This document shows, one piece after another, positions 1 through 11,064 of a DNA stretch of 62,171 nt. Each line of letters begins with the position of its first letter. Within the stretch, counting starts at the first letter, position 1. The DNA lies in the NCBI GenBank assembly GCA_977017575.1, contig CDRNVI010000198.1:1-62171 (forward strand), given 5' to 3'. Below the pieces are notes generated by a model. It saw only the letters and a list, made by a program, of their open reading frames with translations. It had not been told where the DNA came from and made no database searches. The position numbers were made by a program, and so were the translations under genes. This stretch comes from Paramoeba atlantica. Lineage: Eukaryota > Protista > Discosea.

Positions 1-935
1 CCTAAACCCTAAACCCAAACCCTAAACCCTAAACCCCTAAACCCTAAACCCTAAACCCTAAACCCTAAACCCTAAACCCTAAACCCTAAACCCTAAACCC
101 TAAACCCTAAACCCTAAACCCTAAACCCTAAACCCTAAACCCTAAACCCTAAACCCTAAACCCTAAACCCTAAACCCTAAACCCTAAACCCTAAACCCTA
201 AACCCTAAACCCTAAACCCTAAACCCTAAACCCTAAACCCTAAACCCTAAACCCTAAACCCTAAACCCTAAACCCTAAACCCTAAACCCTAAACCCTAAA
301 CCCTAAACCCTAAACCCTAAACCCTAAACCCTAAACCCTAAACCCTAAACCCTAAACCCTAAACCCTAAACCCTAAACCCTAAACCCTAAACCCTAAACC
401 CTAAACCCTAAACCCTAAACCCTAAACCCTAAACCCTAAACCCTAAACCCTAAACCCTAAACCCTAAACCCTAAACCCTAAACCCTAAACCCTAAACCCT
501 AAACCCTAAACCCTAAACCCTAAACCCTAAACCCTAAACCCTAAACCCTAAACCCTAAACCCTAAACCCTAAACCCTAAACCCTAAACCCTAAACCCTAA
601 ACCCTAAACCCTAAACCCTAAACCCTAAACCCTAAACCCTAAACCCTAAACCCTAAACCCTAAACCCTAAACCCTAAACCCTAAACCCTAAACCCTAAAC
701 CCTAAACCCTAAACCCTAAACCCTAAACCCTAAACCCTAAACCCTAAACCCTAAACCCTAAACCCTAAACCCTAAACCCTAAACCCTAAACCCTAAACCC
801 TAAACCCTAAACCCTAAACCCTAAACCCTAAACCCTAAACCCTAAAACCCTAAACCCTAAACCCTAAACCCTAAACCCTAAACCCTAAACCCTAAACCCT
901 AAACCCTAAACCCTAAACCCTAAACCCTAAACCCT
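1..935. repeat. Telomeric array (CCCTAAA)n / (TTTAGGG)n, about 133 units
   Basis: Near-perfect 7-bp tandem repeat from base 1 to 935, with C-rich strand on + as expected for a left chromosome end. A few variant units: CCCAAA near 14-19, an extra C near 34-37, an extra A near 845. Confidence 0.98.
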
Positions 936-3900
936 TTAGTCTTCCTAGTATATCCTTCAAGTCTTCTAAATGTTTTTCAAAGGAATTGCTGAAACAGATA
1001 ATGTCATCAACATATGCAAAACAGCATCTCCATATGAGTCCATTCAATACAGCTTCAATATAACATTGTTGTGTTGCTGGAGCATTACACAATCCAAATG
1101 GCATTGAGAGAAATTCCCAAAGTCCATATTTGCTTGTAAAAGCTGTTTTTTCAACATCTTGTTGTTGGATCGGAATTGACCAAAAGGCATCTGTCAGATC
1201 AATTGATGAGAAATATGAGGAATTGCCAAGGGCTCCAAGAATTGTATCCATTCTTGAAAGAGGATATGCATCCTTCTTTGTGACATTATTAAGACGACGA
1301 AAATCAACACAAAATCGGATTTTGCCATTCTTTTTGTCTGCCAATAGAATTGGTGAAGCCCATGGTGAGGTTGAAGGTTGAATTACTTTTCTTTTCACCA
1401 TTTTATCAATATGTTTCCAAATAATGTAATCTTCAGCAGGAGTTGTTTTTCGAGGAACTGTGCAAACCAGTTTAGCAGTTGCATCAGTTTCGATCTTATG
1501 CTCCATTGCTGTTGTTTGGGTCAATGGATCTTCTCTTTTTTGTTCATCCCAAAGGTCTTTAAATTCAGTTAGCAGTTCTGCTAATTTAATTTGTTGTTGA
1601 GAATTCAAGTTTGTAGCATTGATTTGAAATGTCTCATATGCTTCTTTTAATTCAGATTTCATTTGATTTTCTTCACCAAAATCCAGTGGTTCATTTTCTG
1701 GATTTGCAAGGAGAGCAAAAACTTGATTTATCTTTGATTTGTCAAAAGCATCTGTTTCCATTGTTGGATTTATTTTGGGTTGTTTTTAACTTTGAATTGG
1801 GGAGATTTCTTCTGCAAAATTTTCTGAAAATTTGCGTTTTCATCCCTCTTTAAGAAACAACATCTTATTTTCTTTAGCAACCCAAGCATCAAGCCAAGGG
1901 CTGTTGAGAGCTTTAAAATAGTTTGCTCCCACTTTTGAATTAAATGGTTTCTTTTCTTTTGATTTTTGATCTTGTTCTTTTGTATTCACCTTTTTTACAG
2001 GTTGAATATCTTGAAGATCAAGGAGCGAACGATTTGATATTTGAAGAAGTTCTGTTTGTTCAACATCATCATCGTTAATCTCATGTATGGAACCAAGTTC
2101 CCATCCTTTTTTAAGTTTTACATATTTGTTTGTTGGATTAATTACCAATATGTTTGATTGATAGATGTTTTTCTTTCTTCCAGGTCTTTCTTTTTGGGTA
2201 ATTGAGATAAGACCTTGTGAAGCAATTAATTTGCCTTTTCCACTATCTCTTGGAAAGAAGAAACATTCCGGTGATGAGACTTGTCCTTTTGCTGTGAGTG
2301 GCACTATCACAGCCGATCTTGGGGGAATGCCACTGGTTACTGCTGTTGTGACCAGGGTCTTACTTCTCCGGTTCCTTCTGTCATCAAGAAGTTCCAAGTC
2401 CGGACTAAGTTCATTCATTTGAAGATTATTTTCTTTTGGCTTTGCCTGAACAAGCTTTTTTTCTTGCCACAGAATATAATTGCTATCCGTTCCAAGTTTT
2501 AGTCTTTTCATAGCTGGCCAGCCTATCAATGTTTGAACAGGAAGGTGGTCGAATATGAAGAACCATAAATTGGCTTCAAAATGTGAGAATTTTACTCTCA
2601 GTAAAACTTCTTCATTTACAACAACTTTGGAAGAATTTCCAACTGTGACTTTTAAAGTATGGATTTTTCTTCTTCTTAATATTTGAATACCAGGTCTTTT
2701 TAATTATTGTAAACTGATTGCATTAATTCCAGATCCTGTGTCAAGGCATGTTGTTGAATTTAGATTGCCTATTTTCGACTCAAATTCCAGAGGTCCCCCG
2801 ACATCACGGCTTTCTTCTCCTTTTTGTTCAATTTGACTTAAGGAGAGGATGCGGATGGGTTCTGAATTGGTTAATTCTGGAGAATTAATTGCCATTTTGT
2901 AATGTTCAGTTGGGATATCATGGACATCCATAAATTGTCTATTTTCTTTCTCTTGTGTATTTTCTTTCTCTTGTGGAGAAGGATTTTTACTTGAATTTTT
3001 ACAAGAAAGATCAGAATATGGTGTATCATAATTTATTGGAGTTTGTTGAGTTTGACCACTACTTTGTATGAAGAGACTTTTCAATTCATTGAATTGTTGG
3101 TTCATCTTTTCATCCATTTTGTGGGCAAATTCTTCAAATTCTTGTTTTCTTTTTTTATGTGGGTCTTGGTCTCTATTTGAACCTTGACCTTGTTGTTTTT
3201 GTTGTCCTCTTGGACCTTGATCTTTCAACCCTCTTTTCCTTTTTCTGGTTACTTTGCAGCGTTGCGTAATGTGGGTATCTTGATTACCACAATGGCGGCA
3301 ATATTTCAACCCTTTTTGCATCGCTTCTTTCACCAAAGGACAATTTTTGGGTACATGACCAAAGTCTTCACAGGCTCGGCATTGCAACTCCTGTGCCCTC
3401 TTTCTTGCCTCTTTCAGCTCTTGTCCATTAGGGTTCAAGGCTAATGAAAGGGAGTTTCAGGTCTTATCAGCGAATTGTTTTGTTGGGTAGTCCTTTTGGT
3501 ACTGGACAGTCAGAGCAATAGAAAGCATGTCACCTCCTTTAGCTGTAGCTTTCGCTCCCTCCCATGTCCGATGGTACGAAGAATCTTGTACTTGGGCTTC
3601 GAAAATGTCTCTAACTTCTTCAAGTTGGGTGTCCTCACTCCCCTTTTCCTTGACAGCAATGTTCAAGAACTTCATTGTATGAGTCATGAAGTCCTCAGAG
3701 ATATCGAACTTGTACGAGTAAAGAGCACTTGTATCAGTATCAAGGGGTTTGTAAATGTGACTTGAAGCCATGCAGAGATCAAAAACCAACTTCTGGAAGG
3801 TTTGAGGATGACCGATGATGTCAAGTCCGAATGCTATCAACTTGGGTCGTGCGAGGGTTACAGTGAGTTCATTATTTGGCCACCCATTGGTTTTCCAAAC

Positions 3901-4422
3901 TTGATAAAGAGCATCAAGCTTTTCTGTTTTGGTTAGATTCTTTGAGAGGCCATCGATTGCTCTTTCGATTGATTGTTGGAGAGCTTTGTCAGCCACAAAG
4001 GATTTCTCGTCTGGTATCGGTACCAAAGCATCCTTTCCCAAACGATGGTTTTGTGTTGTTGAAGATGAAGAGATACTTTGATCGAGTTCTTGGATTAGAG
4101 TTCATCTTGCACCCACATTCGAAGCAGCAACCATGACTTTGGGCAGGGGAATCAATTCAACTTTGCCTTTGTCATTGACCTTTTGCTGGTAGAGGGTGCC
4201 ATTTATGACTACTAGTTGCATTTCCAAGGAATCGGGAAGACCAGAAGGATCAGAATGAAGGGGAGAGGGGGTACTAGAATCAAGAGGGGAATCACTTTCA
4301 GTGCTGGGAGTTTTGCCAAGAGAAGGAGGACTGAGCTTGGGCATTCCAGGATGTTTCTTAGGCGACTTTTTCGTCTTACCAGAGGTCTCTCCTTCTTGTT
4401 TCTTATCTTTATCCCTTCCCAT
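936..4422 (-). pseudogene. gag-pol pseudogene (single frame, five in-frame stops, truncated in RT)
   Basis: ORFs 4102-4473, 3457-4041, 2704-3438, 1840-2529 and 913-1761 are all in one frame. Stops: TGA 4102-4104, TGA 3457-3459, TAA 2704-2706, TGA 1840-1842, TAA 1786-1788. Likely start is MGRDKDKK at 4422. Confidence 0.9.
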
Positions 4423-4802
4423 TGGAGCCTCCAAATGTAAAATGATAGTTTTTACAGTGAATAATAAAAGCAATCAAAATGTTGTTGTGCAATTTGAGAA
4501 TTTGAAAAGGTGAACATTGGACCGTTTCAGAATTTGGTGGTTCCACGTCAGCACTCATTCTCCTTTATTTAGTAAATCAAAAAGGCATAGATGTCTTTAT
4601 CAAGGAGTTGTTGATTTCTCCATTGCACCCTAATTGAAAGAACAGAAGAGTTGAAAGGTTTGGAAAGATACATGATAGATTGTTTGATTTACCAATGAAC
4701 TTTTTTATTCCATATTTCAAGTGAATGTTTTAGTTTGTTATTCTTTTTTTTTTTCTTTATTCACAAACTATTAAAAACAACACCACCAGATCAATCATTT
4801 TA

Positions 4803-5169
4803 CTTTTCCACACACAATCAAAAGAAAGAATTGAGAAAATCAAAGAAAAACAAAAGGTTTCTTTTTTAGCACACCTTATGCTTCGATGTTTTTCGTCTCT
4901 TTTGGATAGAATTGTCACCTTAATCAATTCGATTCGTAAATCTTTCGAAAAAATTCGTTAGTTTTTTGCAATGTATAGAAATTGATTATTTCACTTTTCC
5001 ACACACAATCAAAAGAAAGAACTGAGAAAATCAAAGAAAAACAAAAAATTTCTTTTTTAGCACACCTTATGCTTCAATGTTTTTTGTCTCTTTCAGATAG
5101 AATTGTCACCTTAATCGATTTGATTCGTAAATCTTTTGAAAAAATTCATTAGTTTTTTGTAATGTATAG
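4803..5169. repeat. Two 176-bp direct repeats (period 191 bp) in the retroelement leader/LTR region
   Basis: 4803-4978 and 4994-5169 align without gaps (cttttccacacacaatc...aatgtatag), with 12 substitutions by eye. Confidence 0.9.
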
Positions 5170-6250
5170 GGCTCAAAAGGAATATCTGAAATCACTTCAA
5201 CTCCAAAAAATGCCACAATTGCAAGTGCAGCTTGAGCTCACCCCCATGTGTGTTGTTGTAAGTGGTTGTTGGAAGTTTTATTTTTGTTTTTGTTGTGATT
5301 TTTTGTTTTGTCATGTAATTTTCAGTGGAAATGTACACTTGGAGGGAGTGTCAGGTTGTGAGAGTGTTTCAACTCTTGAAGATGTTTCTCAATTTGGTGT
5401 TGTTTTGTTGTTTCCTTTGCATTTTCCCAATTCAGGAGCATTTTATTTTGCCCAAAATTGTGTTTCATCATGAATTTGGTTTGTATTGCTTTTGTTGTGC
5501 TTTGAGCAGAAGTTGTAGAAAACCATAGTAAATTTAGGAGATTTAAACTGATCTGTTTCCTTGTTTTGTTTGTATTAGTAGTAGAGATGCACCACTCTGT
5601 ACTCCATCAATTGAAGATCCAAGAGTTGAAACATATTGTTGGAACCAGTGAAGAGTGGATTGTTCTAAATTCAACTTTGTGGAGTTGGATCAATTCCCCT
5701 CTAGTCTGTGAACTAGGTGCCTTCTCAATCCCTTCAATGAATTTTGTAAGAAAGTTCCAAGGAAACACACAGTGACTACTCCTCACATATTGTTTCCAAC
5801 TCAAAGTGCTCTTGAAAATGCTCTAATCCTCTCTCTGTCATTATTACTAAGGACATTCAGGAATGGATTCCCCAGTCCCAAGAGAAGGATTTTGTGAAAA
5901 ACTTTATGGAAGATGACTTTCAAAGGAATGTTAAAGAACTATGTGTTTAAGTCTTAATTTATCTCCCCTTTCCCCAAGTCCTTTCTTTTCCCCCTTTTCC
6001 ATCTTAGTGAAGGTTTTTTAATTTCAATAAATGGCATCTGGTGTCTGACAAACAAAAAAAAAACCCTACTACATGACCAAGCTACATTGTACAGCACATT
6101 GTACAGCACATTTTAATTTTCTTTTTTTGTTTGAGCTGGTTTTCTAGTTAGTCCCTAAATCAAAAAAACAAAAAGTGAGATTCCATTTCTTTCCCACACA
6201 ATCATTATTTTAAAAATGAAAAAAATTGAAACAAAAAAAATGAAAAAAAA

Positions 6251-9200
6251 TCAAACCTTTAATTGAATGATTAGTTCAACAATGCTTTCATCTTTTGCAA
6301 CATCAAGTACTGTTTGTCCATTCTAAAAACAAGAAAAGAAAAGAAGTTCAAAAAAAAAAAGCTCATTTTTCCAATAACCCCACAAATAAAAAAATAGCAA
6401 AATAAAGAAATAAAAAAGAAAAAAAAAACATCAAAAAAAAAAAAAGAAAAAAAAACTTTGTTTTGAATATTAACATTGGCACCATACCCAATCAAAATCT
6501 GTACAATTTCTTCAAAACCATTAGAAGCAGCTATGTGAAGGGGGGTCCAACCATTCTAAAATATTAAAAAAGAAGTGTTAAAAAAGAGAAAAAAAATAAA
6601 ACAATTATAAAACCCATTAATTCCCCTCTCTATCACAGCAATATAAAAAAAGAGAATAGATTTTTAAAAAAAGAGAAAGAAAATGAAAACTTTATCTTGA
6701 TGATGTATGTCAGACCCATGTTCAATAAGAATTTTTACAACTTCTTCAAAATCTTTGGAAGCAGCTGCATGAAGAGGGCTCTGACCAATCTGAACATAAA
6801 AAGAAGTTTAAAAAAGAAAAAAACATATATCATATATAATATCAGAGAATAACCAACACAGATCAGAAACACCAAAAAAAGAAAAAAGAAAAAGAAACAA
6901 TATCAACAAAAAGAACCTTATTTCCAAGATCAACATTTGGTTTTCCTTTTTCCAATAAAATTTGAATAATTTGTTCATGTCCATTATGAGCAGCAATATA
7001 AAGAGGAGTTACTCCTTTCTTTTTACATTAAAAAAAAAAAATAGAAAAATGAGAAAGTGAAAAAAATGAGAAAATGAAAAAGAAAACACAATCAACAAAA
7101 TAACACCTTAGTTACAAGATCAACATTTGCTCCTCCTTTTTCCAATAAAATTTGAACAATTTGTTCATATCCTTCTTGAGCAGCAATAAAAAGAGGAGTT
7201 GCTCCATTCTTTTTACATTAAAAAAAAATAGAAAAATGAAAAATGAGAAAAAGAAAAAGAAAAAAGAAAACAATCAACAAAAGAACCTTATTTGCAAGAT
7301 CAACATTTGGTTCTCCTTTTTCCAATAAAATTTGAACAATTTGTTCATATCCTTTTTGAGCAGCAATATAAAGAGGAGTTGTTCCACTCTTTACATTTAA
7401 AAAGAGAAAAATGAGAAAGTGAAAAAAAAAAAGAAACAATCAACAAAAAAGAACTTGGTTTGCAAGATCAACATTTGCTCCACCTTTTTCCAATAAAATT
7501 TGAACAATTTGTTCATGTCCTTTAAAAGTAGCAACAAAAAGAGGAGTTACTCCATCCTTTACATTAAAAAAAAAAATAGAAAAATGAGAAAGTGAAAAAA
7601 AAAAAGAAACAATCAACAAAAAAGAACTTGGTTTGCAAGATCAACATTTGCTCCACCTTGTTCCAATAAAATTTGAACAATTTGTTCATATCCTTTTTGA
7701 GCAGCAATATAAAGAGGGGTTACTCCTTTCTTTACATTAAAAAAAAAAAATAGAAAAATGAGAAACTGAAAAAAATGAGAAAATGAAAAAGAAAAAAAAA
7801 AACACAATCAACAAAATAACACCTTAGTTACAAGATCAACATTTGCTCCTCCTTTTTCCAATAAAATTTGAACAATTTGTTCATATCCTTTTTGAGCAGC
7901 AATATAAAGAGGAGTTGTTCCATTCTTTTTACATTTAAAAAAAAATAGAAAAGTGAAAAAGTGAAAAAAAAAGAAAAAGAAAAAGAAACAATCAACAAAA
8001 GAACTTGGTTTGCAAGATCAACATTTGCTCCACCTTTTTCCAATAAAATTTGAACAATTTGTTCATGTCCTTCTTGAGCAGCAATATAAAGAGGAGTTGT
8101 TCCATTCTTTTTACATTAAAAAAAAAAATAGAAAAATGAGAAAGTGAAAAATAAGAAAAATGAGAAAAAGAAAAAGAAAAAGAAAAAGAAACAATCAACA
8201 AAATAACCTGATCTGCAAGATCAACATTTGGTTTTCCTTTTTCCAATAAAATTTGAACAACTTGTTCATGTCCTTCTTGAGCAGCCATAAAAAGAGGAGT
8301 TGCTCCATACTTTACATTAAAAAAAAAATAGAAAAATGAGAAACTGAAAAAAAAAGAAAAAGAAAAAGAAACAATCAACAAAATAACCTTCCTTGGAAGA
8401 TCAATATTTGCTCTTCCTTTATTCAATAAAATTTGAACAATTTGTTTATGTCCATTTTGAGCAGCAATAAAAAGAGGAGTTGCTCCATTCTACATTAAAA
8501 AAAATAGAAAAATGAGAAACTGAAAAAAAAAGAAAAAGAAAAAGAAAAAGAAACAATCAACAAAATAACCTGATCTGGAAGATCAACATTTGCTTTTCCT
8601 TTTTCCAATAAAATTTGAACAATTTGTTTATGTCCATTTTGAGCAGCAATGTAAAGAGGAGTTGCTCCATCCTTTACATTAAAAAAAATTGAAAAAATGA
8701 AAAAAATGAAAATGAAAGAGAAAAAGAAACAATCAACAAATAACCTTCTTTGCAAAATCAACACTTGGTTTTCCTTTATCCAATAAAATTTCAACAATTT
8801 GTTCATATCCATTTCGAGCAGCAAAAAAAAAAGGAGTTCTTCCATCCTTTAGTTGCAAAAAAAAATCGAAAAATGAGAGAAAGTGAAAAAAAAAAAAAAG
8901 AAAAAAAATCAAATTCAAAATATCAATCATAATATCATAATATCATAAAAAGAGAAGAAACCTTATCTGCAAGATCAACATTTGGTTTTCCTTTTTCCAA
9001 TAAAATTTGAACAATTTGTTCATATCCTTCTTGAACAGCAAATTGAAGAGGAGTTGTTTCATGGAACTAAATAAATTTTAATAAAAGATAAAGTGTTTTG
9101 TTCAAAAAAAAAAAAAGAGAAAAAGAACCAAAATGAATTTCAAAAAAGAAACAAAAAAGAAACAAAAATTGTTCTTATTGAAATTTAAAAAAAAAATGAA

Positions 9201-10042
9201 AAAAATAACAAAACTTGTTCAACAGCATTGATATTAGCTCCTTGATGTAATAACAACTCAATTTTCTTTCCATCCCCTTTGAAAGAACCACAGTGGAGAT
9301 CTGTTATTCCAAACTGTTTTTGTTTTTTGTTTTTTGTTTTTTGTTTTTTGTTTTTTATTTTTTGTTTGAAAAAAAAAGTTAAAATTGTGGTGTGGTGAAA
9401 CCCCTCCAATTTCCACCCCCCCTCTCCCTCTCCCAAAAAAGTTGAAAAACATAAGGTCCATTTTTTAAAAAAGAAAAGAAAAAAGAATAAAAAGAACATT
9501 GGGGTATTCATGTTTTTCCACCATCTCAAAAAGTATCCCAATTTGAATCCAATTGTGATCCACAAAAGCAATTTTGAATAATTCCTTTTGTTTTTCAAAA
9601 ATATAATTAAAAAAGATTAATTTAATATTAAATTAAAATAAAATGTTGTTTCATTGAATCAAGACATAGACAAAAAGAGAAAGAAGAAGAAAGAAAACAA
9701 AGAAATAAACAGTCAGAAAAAAGAAGCAGAAAAAAGAAGCAGAAAAAAATGATTGACACAAACCTCAAATGATTTTTCTTTCAATTCTTTTCTCATTTTC
9801 TCTTCTTCTTCTTCTTTTCTCTTCTTCTCTTCTTCTTCAATTCTCAATCTCACTGCTTCAAGTTCTTCATTTTCCACTTTCGGTCTTTTAATCACTCCCT
9901 TTCTTTGTTTTTCTCTCCCTTTCTCTTCTTCTTCTTCTTTTCTCTTCCTCTTCCTCTTCCTCTCTTCGTCTCTTCTCTTCTCAGGACTCTCTCTTTCTCT
10001 CACCACCTCCTCTTCCATCATATTTCTCTCATTCGAATTCAT
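6251..10042 (-). CDS. Multi-exon ankyrin-repeat protein (charged N-terminus plus about 16 ANK repeats, one repeat per exon)
   Basis: GT-AG exons: 10042-9764, 9584-9498, 9313-9215, 9066-8962, then eleven 102-nt exons (8846-8745, 8671-8570, 8489-8388, 8309-8208, 8106-8005, 7924-7823, 7729-7628, 7556-7455, 7388-7287, 7208-7107, 7018-6917), 6789-6691, 6555-6457 and 6322-6257. They translate to xGxTPLxxAAxxGxEQIVQILLEKG..NVD. The 3' end is uncertain: stop at 6251-6253, or one more exon near 6155-6115. Confidence 0.92.
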
Positions 10043-11064
10043 TTTGGAAAAGTAAAACAAAAATAAAACAAAAATTTCCCACACCTCAGGTGAAACGAGT
10101 GATCAATTTTAGTGTATGATTTTGTTGAGAACTGATGAGAGAGAAAAAGAAAAAGAATTTTCAAAAAAAAAAAAAGAGAAAAATAAGAATGGAAGAATTA
10201 TCTCAAAAAAAAAAAGAAATTCAACCTCAAAATCTCAAACAAAAAAGAAAAGAAAAAAATCAAAAATCTCAAACAAACAAAATCAAAAAGAGAAAAAAAA
10301 GCCACACAAAAAATGAATAAAATATGGTTTGCTAAATAAGGAATAAATCCAAATAAGGAATGAAGTGATCCGTTTCCGAATTTTCCAAAAACGACAAAAT
10401 TTGGTTTTGCTTGATTGGTTGATTCGGTTTTCCGAAAAGAAAGATAGGGAAACAGAGGTTTCTCTCCTCTCTCTCCTCTCTTTCTCCTCTCTCTCTCCTC
10501 TCACTCTCCTCTCTCTCTCCTCTCTCCTTACTCTCTCCCTCTCCTTTCTCCTCTTGATTGAAAAAAATCCTTCTTCTCTTTCTATCCCTCATTTTTGAGA
10601 AAAATGTGTCAGCAGTGAGATATTATTGAAGAAAGATTTTCTCCTTCTTGTGTGTGGGAAAAATATTGGCTCAGAAAAAACTGTTGGAAAAAAGGAAAGA
10701 GAGAGCTTATCAACCTTAATTTTTTATCATTGAACTGACACAGAGAGAGAGAGAGAGAAATAGGGTTGTGGTCTGTTTTTCAACAAAAAAGAAAGAAATC
10801 GTTTAGCGTTGTTGTATGTTGGGGTGGGGGGAGGGAGAGAGGATATGGTTGGTTTGGAACGAGAGTGTGGTGGGGGTTGGGGATGTGTTGTGTAGAGAGG
10901 ATGGTGTATGTACTTCGAGAGTCCTCCGTTGTAATCAATGGATTCTTCTTTCATCAGTCCATTGGAGGGGTGAAGAGAGAGAGGGAGAGGGAGAGGAAGA
11001 GAGAGAGAGAGAGAGAGAGGGTGGGAGGGAGGATGGTCTTGTCAGTATGAAAAAAGAAGAAGAA

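Larger units (their letters stand above)
936..6050 (-). mobile_element. 3'-truncated, decayed Ty3/Gypsy-like LTR retrotransposon
   Basis: Gag with two Cys/His knuckles (CRACEDFGHVPKNC, CRHCGNQDTHITQRC), aspartic protease motif CLDTGS (DTG at 2734-2742) and Gypsy-type RT (SPWASPILL..KKNGKIRFCVDFRRLN..MPFGLCNAPAT..YVDDI). No RNase H, integrase or 3' LTR is present. The right boundary is tentative: minus-strand TGTCAG.. at 6050 could be an LTR start, but no PBS was confirmed. Confidence 0.85.

Noticed and set aside
1786-4104. Stop-codon reassignment or readthrough to explain the in-frame stops in gag-pol
   Set aside because: Both TGA and TAA interrupt the frame, while host genes terminate normally with TAA (AAC, YncE, LRR) and TGA (HMG, RluA) and use TGG for Trp. 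C-to-T decay is simpler.
936-4422. Telomere-maintaining or telomere-targeting retrotransposon (HeT-A/TART, SART/TRAS style)
   Set aside because: Those are non-LTR elements with defined ends at the junction. This is a Gypsy-type RT cut mid-domain.
4480-6050. Exact 5' LTR and primer-binding site
   Set aside because: Several CA..TGG candidates exist (near 4620 and 4694), but none matches a tRNA 3' end I can recognise, and there is no second LTR for comparison.
6085-6112. 12-bp duplication as the element's target-site duplication
   Set aside because: It is a tandem duplication on one side of the element and longer than the 4-5 bp typical of Gypsy TSDs.
6917-8846. CRISPR-like repeat-spacer array (also considered for 50391-50769)
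   Set aside because: The repeats are protein-coding exons bounded by GT-AG, the 'spacers' are homologous low-complexity introns, there are no cas genes, and the context is eukaryotic.
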